A stretch of DNA of 64,000 bases from contig OZ024745.1 in the NCBI GenBank assembly GCA_964016885.1, positions 54,932,001 through 54,996,000 of the forward strand, written 5' to 3'. The stretch is from Eledone cirrhosa (Eukaryota). This document shows positions 27,306 to 43,959 of this stretch, one piece after another. A program made the position numbers and the translations under genes. Under the pieces are notes generated by a model, which did no database searches, was not told where the DNA came from, and worked only from the letters and a program-made list of their open reading frames with translations. The first letter of the stretch is position 1; each line of letters begins with the position of its first letter.

Positions 27306-30300
27306 TATATGTGTATGTATCGGTGTGTCAAATTTCATATTTGTCTAATGTATAATCTCTTCAAAATAGTGCAGACTTTCAGGACATACTACCTGGGCGA
27401 GAAATGAAGTATTTAACTAGTGCATCAGTGCCGGTAAGCTTCTCATTATTTATAGCTATACATACATCACGCAGTCACTTTCGTCATCTAACAATGAAAA
27501 TATCAATATTGCTTTAGATATACGTAATTTACTTTTTGGTCATTTAAGTCACGTTTTGTAACAATCATTTATAGCAAATCCCTAGGATAGGGTTGCAGCT
27601 CAGAAAGCTTTTTTTTTTTTAATTATGCGTCTATGGAAACTCCCATTTCAATGAGCCGTCCAATGGTATTCTTAGTCCATATCAATGAGTCGAACGTTTG
27701 CTGCAGAGAGAGGCCATATTCAGTACTACTGACATTGTAATTGCTGTATTCAGAAGGTGAAAACATCACAGCAAAATGCATCCAAGCCGATGTTTTGAAT
27801 TTCCCTTCCATCGACAGCCCTTCACATACATCTTATTTATTGATGTATGTTTCTGCTAAATTTAGGGTAGAGTGGAGCCTGAGTCAACCTGCTAACAGGC
27901 AAATATTATAGATATACGCGCTTCTGGGTGGAAAATAATCTAACATAATTCTGGTGAAAATAATATAATTGAGGGGAAATTTAGTTGTGACAAAATTATA
28001 AAGCGCATCTAGTCAAACGAAACACAAATACAACAGTTGCAACAACAATGGATATACAATTATGATGACGACAAACGTGGCCATGCCTCTGCTGCTATTA
28101 CAACTGATGCTGCTTATGATCGCCAACTGGCAAAAACAAAGCTGTTCTTGGTAGTATTTGAACTTACTTTGGCAGGGTGCCGGAAAGACTAAAATCAAAA
28201 TTGTACCTCAAAATATAGAAGCAATGTAATGTTTGCCAATAGAATATGTTATCTAGATGTGATCATTTATACTTGCACGCCACCTACCTATAACAGAATG
28301 TATGAACTTGTTGTGACTGATATAGAATATGGTATTTCATGAACAATACTAACTAAAATATTAGAAAGGTTTCTTTGTAATGGAAATAAACCAAGAATAA
28401 ATAATCTCAAATATATCTTCGGAATAAAGCACACGATTCATCTGCAGCTCTGTGAAAATGTCCATATATCCCTGAGGAAATAGAAATATTAGTATTTGTT
28501 ACATAAGTATACGTTAAACGACCCCCCCCCCCCCCGAAGCAACAATACAAGTATTGGACACTAGTTATATATATAATTGAAAGGATACACAGAGAAAGTA
28601 TAACCATTCATTAGTCCAGTAAAAAATCTGCATGAAATATTTATTTACTAATTTTGACTATTTCGGCTAAATCATGCACTATGTATTTACTTATACTATA
28701 TTTTAGCCGCTTAGTGGACGATTTAACGCCTAGTTGAATTAGATATTCGCGTAAGTAGAAATATTTCGCAAATTAGATTTTTCAATTAGCAGAAACTATG
28801 ACATTTGGTTGTCAAAAATAACAATTAGATTTTATTTTGGTCGGTAAGATATTAACGATATATAAACATGAAGTTCTTATATTCTTATATAAACTAATTA
28901 TATACATCTATATAGATTGAGCTAAGACCTTTAGAGCCCATTACACATGTCAAATATTTGAGATAAAATTACGAACATGTATTCTGATTTATTTATAGAT
29001 ATATATATGCAATTCCAAATCAAAGTTTAGAAATATGCCCGCCCAAACTCACACGCGCTATTCGGTGTGTAAAATGGAGAAACAAAATAAATACAGAAAT
29101 AGAAAGCTGACAACTAGATTTATTTTTCATTTTATTAATTTTCTTTGAACCGTAAGACCATTGATGAAAGAATCATAGCAATCACAAAGATAAGGAATTC
29201 CCTTGAAATATTCCGCTTCCTGACCAAACATAGGTGTTTATTTCCAACATACAGTTTTGTCTTCATCAAAGGCGCTCGAGACTCCATTATATTAAAACCA
29301 TAGTCTGCTATTCTAAACATTCTCAAACATTGAGTAACCATGAATACGGTGCCATGATCGCATTGCCAACTAAAAAATGGTTTTGATTACCACTTCTGCT
29401 CGACTTTTCGCATCTTATTCTGACACAGGCGATCATACATTTTGCTGCTAAGATGCCAGTCAAGACATTCGAAAGCAAATTGAAGCAAACAACCGTAAAA
29501 ATCTATGCGTATGCAACTCTCTACCTGGAGAAGCAAATCCATGTAGTTCAGCAACGTCAACGGAAGCTGATCGGATGGACCCGTGAATTTGCTAGTGATC
29601 TGGTGTGAACCACACCTCCATCTGCATTAGAACTAGGCGGAGGTAACAAATAGAGCAATCATGCTCACTTAAAAATGGGTTAAGTGAAGCTATCCCTGAA
29701 AGGTCGAGCGGAGGCGGCGAACGGGTACATCACATACGTCATCTATAACTACCTTACCAATGACTGTACATGTGTTGGTTGAAGATACGAGTTGAGACTG
29801 GGTGCCTGGCATCTGAAATGTTGCCAGGCAATGCAGTCAGTCGAAATTCCACTCTGGAGTGCTATAAAGACTAGAGATGGGAAAATGCGGACCAGAAAAC
29901 TCCTGATATATTCATAAAGCCTCGTTTAGCCATCCGTTATATATGTGCGCTTCTAAAGCCTGCAATGAACGACTATATTATTTCGAAGAATTAGCAATGA
30001 AATGTGTTTTCGTACCTGAGGAACAGTCCAAAGCGCATAGCCAAATATATGGAGTTTCAAAAAATTAAAAATATCAGTCCTCAGAAAATTCTTCATATTA
30101 GCTAAAATTATTCATATTAGAAAGAAGTACAAATAATTTTGGAGCAGTGGCCAGCACTTTTGTCATATTTCACAATGGTGGGAGGTGGTATCCCAATGAT
30201 GACTTCCTAAATATCAAAGAAATTACAAAGACTAATGTCAAAATGCATTGTTTTACTGGATAGTGATAAGGTGAGTTTGCAGAACATACAGAATTCAAAA

Positions 30301-31310
30301 TTTAAGAAGGTATATTAACACCGGAATTAAATCTATTCAAATGAAATATTGAAACTGAATGATATCAGTAAAGTAAATATGAAGGATCCTTCTACATACA
30401 TGAAAATAGAAAACACCTATTATGGTGCAACTGGAGAATGTATTTTGATAGAAAACACTGCCACCTTTTCTCAAAAGGAGTTACAAGACTTTAAGATCCC
30501 AAATGGATGGGATTTATCGGGTGCTGCACTGTGCCATACGTCACAGTGGACATTCAACCTTATAATGAAATCATCGAACAAAATCCCAATGAAGGGGTTC
30601 CTTGACTACAACTACACGTGAGATTACTCCAGGCAAAAGCTATAAGTAAAGATGCAAAGAACGGGTTAAACATTGCAGAATAAAACTGTTCAGAACAACG
30701 ATAACGACAGAGGGAAAGAAACAGTGACAGATCTAACACACTGGCACTACGAATAGTGATGTACAATATTAATTCGAAAACGTAAACAACTTTAAATATA
30801 GTTGGGAAAAAGTTAAAATTTATGGACGACTAATCGCACAAATTAAAATTTATTAGTAATACATATATTATGTAGTGGTTTGGTTGACTGTTAATCTTAA
30901 TATATGTATATTGACTCAAATAAATATTATAAGAATAAAACAGGAGCTTATGAATTTAATAACACTTATTATTTAAAGTTATGGCCAATTTTCATATTGG
31001 CTATATAGTATTGTAAGAAAAAGACAATATGAAAATCAGGGAAGCTTAAATTAGTAATAATGTATTTATCAGTAGGAGGATTTCTAATTAAGAAATATTG
31101 GCGTAAACATTGCTATGTATGTGTGAACATTGCTATGTATGTGCACACGCCCATACATATATACATACATACAGACACGTGTGTGGGTACATGTGTACCC
31201 ATACAAACACATAGACTATTGTATATGTCTAACTACATATATGTTTGTATATGTCGATGCATATGTGTATGCATGCATATATGTATATTATATAATGTTC
31301 ATAATGTAAC

Positions 31311-31497
31311 AATTATTTCTATTTTTGGCACAAGGCCAGACATTATCCCAGTGTATCATGGTACATTATTTTATCGACCCCGTAAGGATGAAAGGCAAAG
31401 TTAACCTTGGCGGGATTTGAACTCAGACCTTAAAGGGCCGTAACTCTTTGGTGCAAAGCATGGCGTCCGACCCTCTACCGATACTGCCAATCCACCT
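31311..31497 (-). mobile_element. tRNA-derived SINE, same family
   Basis: Reverse complement of the 23458 copy (ttatcgaccccgtaaggatgaaaggcaaagttaacc...gggatttgaactcag). Confidence 0.85.
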
Positions 31498-31519
31498 AAT
31501 AATATTATCTTGGTATACA

Positions 31520-32185
31520 TCTGCTCGAATCCTTAGGGAAAATCGTATCGAAGGTCTTTCTGAATCCACTAATAAAATGGATCTGCCCATCCTTGAGACT
31601 CAAATTGGATTCAGAGCTGGGCGGTATATTATTGACATGATTTCTTAGTCCGTCACCTTATGGAGAAATGCGTTGAGCAGCCAGTGCCATTTTACCAAGT
31701 ATTTATGGCCCTTAACGAATGATTTGATAAAGTTAATCGTGGTACATTGTGGGTCATATTAAGGAAACTTGTATGCTCTCCTGAGTGTGCTGAAAATTTC
31801 AGAAAACTCCATCAAAATATGAAAGAAAAAATGAACTTCAATGGGACATTTTCAGAGGCAATTTCAGTGGAAAACTATATCAAGCAATGCGACATACGTG
31901 CATCCATACTGTTTTGCATCTACTTCCCCGTGCTGCTAACATATGTCTTCTAAGACTTCGAAATTGGTTTATACTTGCCAAATAGAACTTGACACTTTCT
32001 TTAGGGATGTCCTGTCTGCTGATGATACAGTTTCTGTGGCTCACACAGTAGAGGACATGTAGTTCATACTGGATACCTTCTCTAATGCATGCACTGTGTT
32101 TGGGTTAAATATTACTATAATATAGACACAGGTCATGTACACTGCACCAGTTGAGAAAATGTATGTGAAGCCACAGATTTTCAAA
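31520..32185 (+). mobile_element. Decayed RTE-clade LINE reverse transcriptase fragment
   Basis: ETQIGFRAGRYIIDMI, EKCVEQ, FDKVNRGTLW, IKQCDIRASILFCIYF, RDVLSADD, ACTVFGLNI across stops and frameshifts. Confidence 0.85.
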
Positions 32186-32716
32186 ATGTGATAATAATTA
32201 ATTTTATTGTGACACAAGGAAACTCTTATGGTATTTCGTATTTTCTATATTACCATGTTAAAATATATTTCTGCTGTGTCGTATATTAATATATGATATA
32301 TGAAATAGAATTGTGTTTTAATATTGCCTTACCATCAATATGTTTAATGTGAGAGGTATAATTCTGCGGTTGCTTGTCAACCATAAAACACGAGTATGCA
32401 GCATAGCGCTGACCATAAATTAAGTATAAATTAATGATGTCAACACCAACAACTGTAAGTGATCCATTCTAGACCTTGTTGAATGTGAGAGGAATTGACA
32501 TTATCACTGGAAAAAGAAATTCCTAGAAATGAGAAACCGTACCTGTTGCGGTGAGGTGAACCACTGGAATAAAAGAAGCTCCTTTGGTACACGCCATCAG
32601 AAGAGTGTCTTCAAAGCATAGACCATACAGGATCTGACAGTATCGTAAACATCACCTATTTGAATAAACAATAATGAATTGTACTACGCACCCAGAGTAA
32701 CACGCACACTCATACT

Positions 32717-32790
<74 letters not shown>

Positions 32791-32983
32791 ATACATATGT
32801 AATTATGTATGTCTTTTATGTGTATACATAAGTGCATCTGTGTGTATATATACATATATATACATGTATATATACGCCTTCATATGTTACTATACATACA
32901 TCCTATATATATATGTAAGATGCCCCACAGAGGCATACACACACACACACACGCACGCACACGCACACACAGAACCCCCACCC

Positions 32984-33016
<33 letters not shown>

Positions 33017-35655
33017 ACATATTCATTTATATCTCACCACGGGTTCTACATTTGTTCAATCTCAAATTTGATTAATATCTCTCAATAAGGTGGCTGCTTC
33101 TTGTTTATTGAATTGTCGAGACAATTCATCTATATCACACTGAGCATCCACTGATAATAATTTTGTACAATACATATAGATTATTTGTCCACTAGTTATT
33201 ACACTGCTCAACGTTTTGAATCTGTGGTTTAACTATCGGGAGATGTAAAAATCAATGTGTATGTTGGGGTATAATCAGAAGAAATAAAAAAAAAATATTG
33301 AATTATGTCTGTGAGAAATATTCCATATTACCTACCACACAAAATAAATTCGATAACCAGAGCTAGTAAACTATGGAGCCGCTACGTTCATTACAGTAAT
33401 TCTAGTAGAAGCAGCTAATCTCCCTCATATCACATTACTATACGAAAAAGCAGAGAGCATAGACAATATAGTCCTTGACATCCATTAAATACTGGTTTTG
33501 TAGGATTTAGCTCAATTATGAATAGCGCATACCATATAAAATGATTCATAACGAAGATAATGTATTTGGGAACAAATTGGTAAATATTATCTGATTAACA
33601 GGTCGAAATACAAAATCCATCTAAATCCTGGCTACTTTTAAAGATATCTAAGATCATATATCAAGTGGCCAATCATACTTTACTACAATACACACAAGAT
33701 TTAAGTATATCAAAATGGACATCTTATACACGTGTGCCTAGTTCAAGGTATCAGGCTTAAATGTTAATTCTTGTTTCGATGTAATGGAGGATAATATTTT
33801 ATACAGTTCCCAGATAACATCAAACGTGCCTATATTTCTTTCTCTGTTCCTCTCTTTACCTTACTGCTAATGTATACTTGTATGTACCTAATCGCTTTCT
33901 CTCACACACTCATAGATTTCTTTAGGTTTCTATGTTTACGTTTCTATATGTACATTTATTGTGTCTGTTATCGAAAGAAAATGTCAAATATTAAAGTACC
34001 ACAATATAACATGAAAATCCGTAATGTAGCAAAATAACATCACTATATAACTTATATCAATATGATAAAAGTAAATCAAGTGATGAGTAAATTGAAAGCA
34101 AATGATATTTTGAGCGTGTTGCTAAGCTAATTTTCTTCTTGGTAGTAAATTTTCAGTAATTAATGAAAAATTAACAATCTACACCCATGGTATTGTAAAT
34201 GAGATGAAAATCACTTGATAAAATGCTTATATCTACCAGTATCGCATCTAGAAAGCTGAGTATGTTAGACATCGACAATATGGCGGCGAAGTAAAAAAAT
34301 GATATTTGCTCAGATTTAAATGAACAAAGAGGTATGTGTTCACAAATTTGTAAACTTTCAATAATTGTAATTGCCTATGTTGATGTTACAAAATATGACG
34401 ACAATGCGCTACTATAAATTATCCTCTCGTTATTTAATTCTCTACATTGGTGAAGGAATTCTGCATAGATAATCTGAGAGTACAAATGCTCCATGTGTTC
34501 CACCTGAAGCAAGATGAAACCTAATTAAACTGACTTCTCTAGGAGAAGCACTCATCATAAATATTTAAAATAATTCACAGTTGCATTTCCATTAAACTAA
34601 TACATGCCAAAACATTTCTATGAGTGGTAGACTGTTCGGAATCAGTGATAATCCCTTTAAAAACTAGCTTGACGAACATTATGGTTCTATTTAAGAATAA
34701 GAGATTAAGGAATGTCTACAAAATATCTAATGAAGAATAAAAACGCGTGAGATTTCAATCTTCCCGCTGTGAGAGAAAATGCCGATTGTTACATAATGAT
34801 GTAGAAGACAACCCTCACATCACCAGGAATTGCACCAAATTACATGAATTTCTATCTTTCAACGATAAGATATGATATAGAAAATAATTTGCAATGCTAC
34901 CATGCAATTAGAAATAAGACGTGTATGTGGAATACCTCTCTAAGGATTTGTAACTGATGCAGAAAGAACAGTGATGATATAGTTCTATATGACTGAAACC
35001 GAATTCCTGCCCTGTTGTAAGTGTTCAACAAAGTAAATGCCTAGCCTACGTTTGAAGGTAAATTGTATAGCCTGCTAATGCAGAATATACAGATCTTTTA
35101 TGCTGGATATAGATATTCATTTGAATCTATTATCATAGATGTGTTGGGCATTGTAACTACATATTTGCTTGAAATCCTGAGAATGTTGGGTGTTTCCAAT
35201 AAGAACAAAGAATCGTAGTCACAATCTAAAAAATTAATGTTACAGTGCATGCAAAAGCTTCTCCATACAGAATGCTCGTATGCGAAAATACTTTGTTCGT
35301 AGTGTATTCAAACATATACATAATTAGTAATGAGGCATGTTTGCCATGGATGTTAGGTGATACACTTATATACGTGCTCCGGTGACTCATTCCCATATTT
35401 ACAAATCCATGGAATTTCCTTAACTCGAACAAAAACCTATTCCCTTTTTATTAGTAAGAGGTTAAGGCCCAAACATACATAAATGCATACATACATACAT
35501 ACATAAATGCATACATACACATATAAACTAAAGGTGAAGTTAATTACATTCGAAAGAAATTCATCATACAATATGTTGAGCTTATATATATTTTACAAAA
35601 ATGAATAGATTCTGTCGAAATGTCATTAACGTAGTGAATAAACGTCAGTAAAGGC

Positions 35656-35759
<104 letters not shown>

Positions 35760-36559
35760 ATGGTTATGTGGGGTTAGGACAAGGGATTTAGGAGCAATTT
35801 ATGAAATAACATTTTCTCTAATGTGTGCCAACCAAAGAACAATTGTTACAATTTAATTATTAGGTGATAGATGTCTCGAAAGTTTGATGGATTTTACACA
35901 GATTAATTTTCGTTTTGTTTATTTTTTTTATTTCATCCCATTGAACGACTGATTTTATATTTAAGATGTAACACTTGGATATCTTTGTTTTTATGCTGCA
36001 TCTTTATCTTCTTTCATATGTCAATCAACATTTCATAATCTCGCCTTTCTCTCTTATTTGAAGAAAATGCATACAAATAATTATCCCTGGAATATTTTAC
36101 AATCGTGCTACCTGCTTGAGAAAGGTTGCATTAAGCCCATAAAACACTTCACGAGGTACGTAAATAATCTATTTGAAATTCTAAACGTAATCGAGCAAAA
36201 ACAGTCAGTTATCATTTCAATGGATTACATATTTTTCAGGTTGATAACATGAAATCAGTTAGCATAAAATTGAATACATTCCTATAATCACAAGAGAAAT
36301 GCACACCACAGCATGCATGCATGCAGAATATATATATATTCGACGTTCTAATGCCTTAGCCATCTCGCCACCATTTTCAACATGTCACAATGAGTTAATC
36401 ATGTTCTATTCTGAACCAAATGGGTGATGCAACATAACGCAATATTGATTATTTTAACAATTGAAATATAGGGTATTTATCGGGAATAAGAAAGGACATT
36501 CTGTGATCAATTTTCTTCAACTGATCTACGATACTGAACAAACGAAGCGGTTAATATAT

Positions 36560-37230
36560 AAAGTATCCGAATTGCTAGAAACAGCAGCCGAATCTCATAC
36601 ACATCACAAGCTCCTATTTCAGATGAAGAACGATACTTTAGAAACCTGTCAAAGCAGCCTTGACCCACCAGGGGATATTCTATCCTATATGCTATTGGTG
36701 ACGTTTGTAGACTCGCGTATGTAATATCTCCGAGAACCACTGACGTGAAGGGTGCAAACCCTTCCAGGAAGCCTGCTGCTGAGGACTACAGAGAAGCCCA
36801 AGGCATGATCAGCCTACGTAACAAGGTACGCTTTACTAGACGTTGTGCTGGTTCACCTAAAAATGGAACAATGTTGTATTTGCATTCTTTGTGTTGCGGC
36901 GACCCATTGAACACATCAACATCACGTAAGGTGAAATGGTCATACATGTAGATGATCTTTACACGGCTGGCGAAGGAGCTATTTTTTTAAAACAATTCAC
37001 AGCAGTCAAAGCCAGATTGTAGTATGTGTAGACCAGTAGCATCATCTTTCAACATCTTCTTGATCCCAACGCAAATGCCCATGGGCACGACATGGATACG
37101 TTCTCCAAAAACATAAAACAGACAAAAGGAAGATCCAAGACCAGATGTTTCGCTGGTTGAATGAAACTTCAACGCCAAGGTTGGTGTCAACTTACATGGA
37201 GTCTTTCACCTCAGTGGCTGGTACGTCCGA
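36560..37230 (+). mobile_element. Possible highly decayed Copia-type RT remnant
   Basis: Ordered motif fragments VKAALTHQG, YALLD, MVIHVDDLYTAG, VDQ, VG/QLTW in shifting frames. Confidence 0.35.
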
Positions 37231-40200
37231 AACAAGAAACTCTGCCCTCTATTCATAACGAGAAATGGATTTATACGTCGTAGCATTCACCTGATGCATT
37301 TAGATAAACCTGATCAATGTCATCGTACTCACGAAATGTTTACTAGGAAAGGGCTACTATTTGTTTTCTTTAAGCAATTTGCGTTATTAAAGTCTTACGC
37401 GCATTTAAAATAACGGCAACTTCAACATCGTTTATTTCTCTTAATGTTTTAGCGACATAAACATCTCTACAAAGCATGGCAAGGTAATTAAAGAATAATA
37501 GTTGTTTATGCCAAATTAGATAAACAATGAAAATATGATTTATTTTTATGCCCATAAACCAATGAATCAAAGTGAAGTTATTATCCCCAAAAGCTGAAGG
37601 CTTCATTTCACTAATTTGTAGTATATTACTATCTAAGGTTTTTGGCTAAGTCTGCCTATATCCCACTTTGTATGGTTAATATGCCGAAACGATGGGCTAC
37701 AATTAGTTGGATAGCGATCCTTCATTTCTGTTATTACTATATATATATTAATATATATAGAATCTAGTCATTTATAGAGATCGGTCCAATAAATAATACT
37801 GAAACGCTACATATTTTCCCCGCGTCCAAAACATTTATATTAAGATATAGGGAGAGGGCCAACAATTTTTTTAGATGAGCGAGAAGGAACTTTGGTCGAA
37901 GACAAACAAACATTGTAGTATCTACATGAGTTATGAAGGAGAGACGTTTCACTCATAAATACATTCCCATCGTCTTACAACAGAAACAGCACACTGGATA
38001 ATGTAAACCTACATGCATGCACCGTTAAATATAGAAAGGACATTGGTTAATGCTTTTAAACCTAGGCTTGTTGAATCATTGATGACCGTTGTTGTGAGCT
38101 TAAGTAAAATACAGAACGAATGAATGGGTTTTCTTGCTTCTATCAACATTAATTTGAAATATTAATATACTTATATAATATTGAAACCATTTAGATTTGC
38201 ATTAACCGGGAATTATTTTCTATTACGTGTTTGATAACTTTCCTATGAGAAAAATAATTATCAAAAGCAATTGAAAGTAGACTTTGTCAAATTAGTATAC
38301 ACTCCATTTAAAATAAATCAGTTTTGTTTTCGAAATACAATAATATATTTACAATAAATATTTTCGTTAAGTTTGATTTCGTAAGACGTCAAGTGGAAAC
38401 TAGTTTATATAGGAAAACCTAATAAACACTAATATATCATCGGCTCTTAATATGATAAATATATTCAATTGCCTGATATTTTATGAACGAATGCATCTAT
38501 TATTGGATGGTCAGCACTTATACCGACATCTAAAGGAACTGAAGCAAGTAAAATCACCTGTTCTAATCAGAAATATAACTAAACACAATCAATGATGTAG
38601 AAGGTGTGATCAATGTACTGGTTTTATTATAGATAATCAATTCAACCATTTTACCTCTATAGTCTATGATATGTGATAAATATACGTTTCATTGTCATTT
38701 AATAAACATTAGCTTTAGAAAGTTTTTTTTTCAAGCTGAGTATAAAGTTAGCATCATTACTATTCTTGCTATATTTGTGTCTCTATTATAGTAGTTTAGT
38801 AGTTTTTACCGGAAATTAAACATGGAAGAATCAATGGCATTGCATTTCTTTAGTTCTATAGAAAGTTTAAATCACAAGGCTAATCCGAGTTTGGATAGAT
38901 GTGTTCTCAACAATATCCTGCTGTATATAATTTGGTTTTATTTTATATTACTATTCAATTGTGACATGCTATTTAGATTATTTTATGTTATAATATAATT
39001 TTTGGCGTTTGTAACAGTCTGTAAGGTTATGCGGCGTGGTATATTGATTTCGTACATAGCAAAATACTTTATATGTGCTGTGTTGTTAGAGTCACTTATA
39101 GCAAAACGATTGAAACTTATTTTAACGAGGTTGGATTGATGATTGACGAAATTAGATTTAAATGTATTAAGATGTAATATATATGATACAATATCTAATA
39201 CAATTTTGATTGGACGTTTGTTGAATGTAGTTTAGTATAATGACATGTCCATATAATATTGCTTAATAGTTTAACTGTACACATTACTTTTGTCATTTGA
39301 ATAAATAACATTCTCTGCATTCTAAATTTAATATAGATTTCACTCAAGAGAATAAATGAGAAATGAACAAACTGTCATGGTATTACGCTCCCCTTCTCTG
39401 AGATATACAGGGTGACATATGGGTAGATACCATGAAATAAAACAATGAATTTAACCTAAAAGAAACTGCCTCAGTATGGTGGATGAGGATTATCCATCAC
39501 CACTTGAATGATTTGTTGGTGAAACTAATTTGAAAACAATTTCATCTGTTGCAATCACTTAATTTTTAAAGGCGCTCTAACATATATAACAATTAATACA
39601 GATATTAGTGGTTTACTTAATATTTATCATTCATCTTTTAATAAGGCAATCATTACCTTAATCCACATCACTGACAAGGCTAGAGAAATGGGTAAACCGA
39701 CAGTGAGTTCAGCAATGTATTTGATAGTTTCGATTTGGTAGTAGTCTGGAATGATATTCCATAAGTTCACAACATCCAATGGAACTATGTAAGACTTTTG
39801 TTTTGAGGATAGTCTTCAAATGTCTAAGGTATTATTTATGAGAGGCCTCGGATGCCTAAGGAATGATTTACGCAATTTGTCTCGCAAATCGGTCCTACTC
39901 TGATGGGATTTAGTTATCAGTCGATTGATGTTGGTATATTCACACAATTGGTGTTAGTCTTTTTGCATGCCGCAGTAATTCGCTTATTTTTGTGTATTGC
40001 ACTTATTTCTATGTGCGTTAACGGTTCAGTTTCTTGCGACTGAAGAACACCCCTTGTCTCTCTATATATGTGTATTCTCTAAAAACGATTACTAGAATGG
40101 AGTTCCTTTACATTATTCCTATTCCCTATTCCCATGCTGCTTCTTTATTAATCTGTTCCTTGTGTATGTTCTTTATATGTTAACTTTAGTTCAGTCAGGC

Positions 40201-40858
40201 TATTTCTGTAATTCCGATTGTAGTATATGTTCTCTTTGATTTATGTTTGCTGATCTCTCTTCATACATATGTTCTTTTATTTTTTTTTCTTTTGATATGA
40301 TTTCGGCTTCCTCTGGAATTATTATAGTTTGATCTTACTCGGCATTCGATATATATATATATATACATAGCGGAGGCTGTGTCTTTACATATTTTTATTT
40401 TTTAAATCAATTTGAATTTAATATTCTCATGACATTACTAAGTTACTCGGGTCGAAACGCCATGTAGAATGTCTCATTTTGGATCGAACTATTCATGATA
40501 TAATTTGTGGTTCCATATATTCATCTGTACCACCTACACATAATTATCATCGAAGTTCATACAGTTATTATTAAATGGTTTCAAAACACCCTCCATCACA
40601 TGTTTATATCATTTAAAAAACCAAGAATGTTAGCTAATTCTTTCGTCTGTATATATGAATAATCGTATTTGCTCAAAAAGAAAGATTTAAATACAGTACC
40701 CTATCCTATATTCTTGGATATAATATGGTATCGATTTTTTATTGCGATATTTGTTTTAAAGGCTGTTCAGACATGCGGAGTGTTAGAAGCAACAAAGAAG
40801 AAATTAAAGGGGAATAGCTTTTCAACTAACTACATAGATGAGATCGCTGTTCATTCGG

Positions 40859-40892
<34 letters not shown>

Positions 40893-40896
40893 GATG

Positions 40897-40936
<40 letters not shown>

Positions 40937-40970
40937 CATGCGCAAACACACATGCACACAGACACACACG

Positions 40971-41045
<75 letters not shown>

Positions 41046-41388
41046 GATGAATGTATATAGTTCCAGTCGTAAATTCTGATTATCAACCAAACAATATCCA
41101 TTCTCTGTTCAACCAACCATTCGCCCGGTCACGTTGCCAACCTACAATGCACATCTCTATCCTAAATATATATTTCACCTCCTCTCTACCGTTACGATTT
41201 CTTTCTCACATAAATTCTTTGAATTATGTTCCATTGTGGATTAATCTCTGTAACCCTTTCCTTTCCCGTACTTATCTGTCTATATATCAACCTATCTATA
41301 TTTATATATTATTATACAGGCATACATGTATACACCATTTAATTTCACTCAAACATTAATTTATATATATATAAGTATATATATATAA

Positions 41389-41444
<56 letters not shown>

Positions 41445-42119
41445 ATATGCATCTATATTTCTGCCTACCTGTCAATTAATCGATATATTTGTAATGTATC
41501 TTTCTATTTAGGGGCATGGCTTTTGATCTATCTAGATATATTTCAGTATCTTTATATTTGCACGTAACTTGTAATTATGCATATATATGTATGTTGGTGT
41601 AAGATGATATATATCTCCTAAAACATGCACACGTCTACATATATATATATATATATATATGCATCTAGTTATTTACCTGTCACTCCATCGAATCCATCAA
41701 ATATTTTCCATATTATCTAATCCGCTCTTTCACCTTCACAATATATTCAATTTTCACTTGTTTCTCTCCCACGTGTATTTTCTATTTTGTTAATGTTTAA
41801 TAAAAACCCTCTCTTCTTTCAGTCCCTCACACATTTTATCTCTCTCTTGATGCGTTGCAATTTCCTTCGGTTACCCGCTTCCAAGCTCCAGTACTCTCAA
41901 ATCAATCATCCATTTCTATTGTTCTGAAACTTCTTCATACCAAACTTCCATTGATATTTTTTCATTGCTCTCCCTGGCAGCCTCAATCTCTTTTCTACAT
42001 CACAACTCTTAACGATACTTTCTATCTATCATTTTACATCATCACGGACTGAAAATATGAATATTCTACATACATAAATGCGCACACACATACATATATA
42101 CATACATATAATGTATATG

Positions 42120-42210
<91 letters not shown>

Positions 42211-42732
42211 CGATATATATATATATATGTATGTATATATATATATCCTGACCATGGACAAATGCTTTCAATTGTTTTGAAAAGAACCATGAAATAATAA
42301 TAGTGAAAGAATATTGATGCTTTATAGGAGTAACATGTCATCTGATTAAATTGACTCGTGTTGCAAGACTGATTTAATATTTGTATTTTTGTGGTGCGGT
42401 CCTGCTCGGTTTCAGACGTGCAATGAAATGTGTTCGCGTCTAATTCCTACTGCAATGGACTGAATACCTGAAACGACGATAAACGACTGTAATAGATATT
42501 GGGTCTAAAAATTGATTGTGAGACAAATATATTCCTTCGGTATTAAAATCGGGCAACAAACTTGATATAATAATATGACTGTCCATTATATACAATTAAG
42601 TTGTGTAGCTATTTATCTCTACGTATATCCTTTGCTCTATTATTATAGCTGCATATGTACAAGCCCCATAATATATATATATATAGGGAAAAACAGAGAA
42701 AGAGAGAGGGGGTGAGAGAGGGAGAGAGAGCG

Positions 42733-42775
<43 letters not shown>

Positions 42776-43959
42776 GATGGAATAAATTGAACGAGACGAT
42801 TTGAATGTACCAAAAACTATAAATCTAATTTTATTCATAGTTCATTGGTTTCTTGTAATTTAAGTTTCCCTACATATATACCCCAGGTTTACCCTTACCT
42901 TGAACGTGCCATATATACACCACTTTACCCATAGTTGTGTTGAGCTTGGAAACAAACGATTGGAACGTCTGTCTCCACTTGCATGTGACTTGCCATACAT
43001 TTACAATTTATAAGTTTTGTATTCATATACATTTTCATATAGAATTGTGCAAAGGACTAATTCAGAAGTGAACATGTTTATGTGTTATTCTCGCCTCCCA
43101 CATCAAGTTAACATCAGGAGTGTTATTTTTTTCTTACATACTGAAAGGATGAAATAATTAATAACATCCATTGATTATTGCTCTACCCTAGTAAATCTAG
43201 TTTTGAGTTGAGTCTTGACAAAAGAATCAAAATAATAACTTCATTTTCGAACTAGATAGAAATAAAATATGAGACATATGAAAGAAAAAAATTAACTATT
43301 ATCCTGCATAACCAGTTAAAATATTTCTAAAATTAGTCATTATGTCGAGGAAAGAAAATAATTATACATAGTGACTATGAGACAAGCTTCTACGCAAAAC
43401 AATTACTATTGAATTTCGTCTATATATAGAACTGAATACGTTATATCTGACCTAATGATGTGATTTCTTGCCATTAGACTAATTGATTAAAAAGGCATTC
43501 GTATATTACTGAAAGATTCGTATAAGATGTATCGATTGCTTTACTTCAAACGGCTACAATCGATCTTTACCACATAACCTGTTTTGAAATATATCACAAT
43601 ATTAACGAGGCAATCAAATATACTATCTATATATTACAAGGTCGAACGTCTGGAAGAAGAAAATTCCAAGCGAACACGTACAACAATATATTTTATACAT
43701 CACATACCGATCAGAATACTTGAAGCAAAAACTCACGTAAAAAATAAATATAGCATCATTATCGATATCAATGTTTGTAGCTCGTAGACATAAACATCTA
43801 GCGATAGAAATAATGTAGCTTGTCTACGGAAATTTTCTTATGGATATATGTATGTGTATATGTAGTGATGGATGCATGTGTATGTATATACGCAAAATAT
43901 GATGTATATAAATGTATACATACACACACATAGATATATGTATATAGATCACATTATCA

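Noticed and set aside
30349-30621. 90-aa non-repetitive ORF
   Set aside because: No recognisable motif; could be a decayed transposon piece but this is unsupported without a search.
39657-39815. Possible minus-strand exon ending AAG|GTAATG (~50 codons)
   Set aside because: No convincing acceptor, no recognisable protein similarity and no partner exons.
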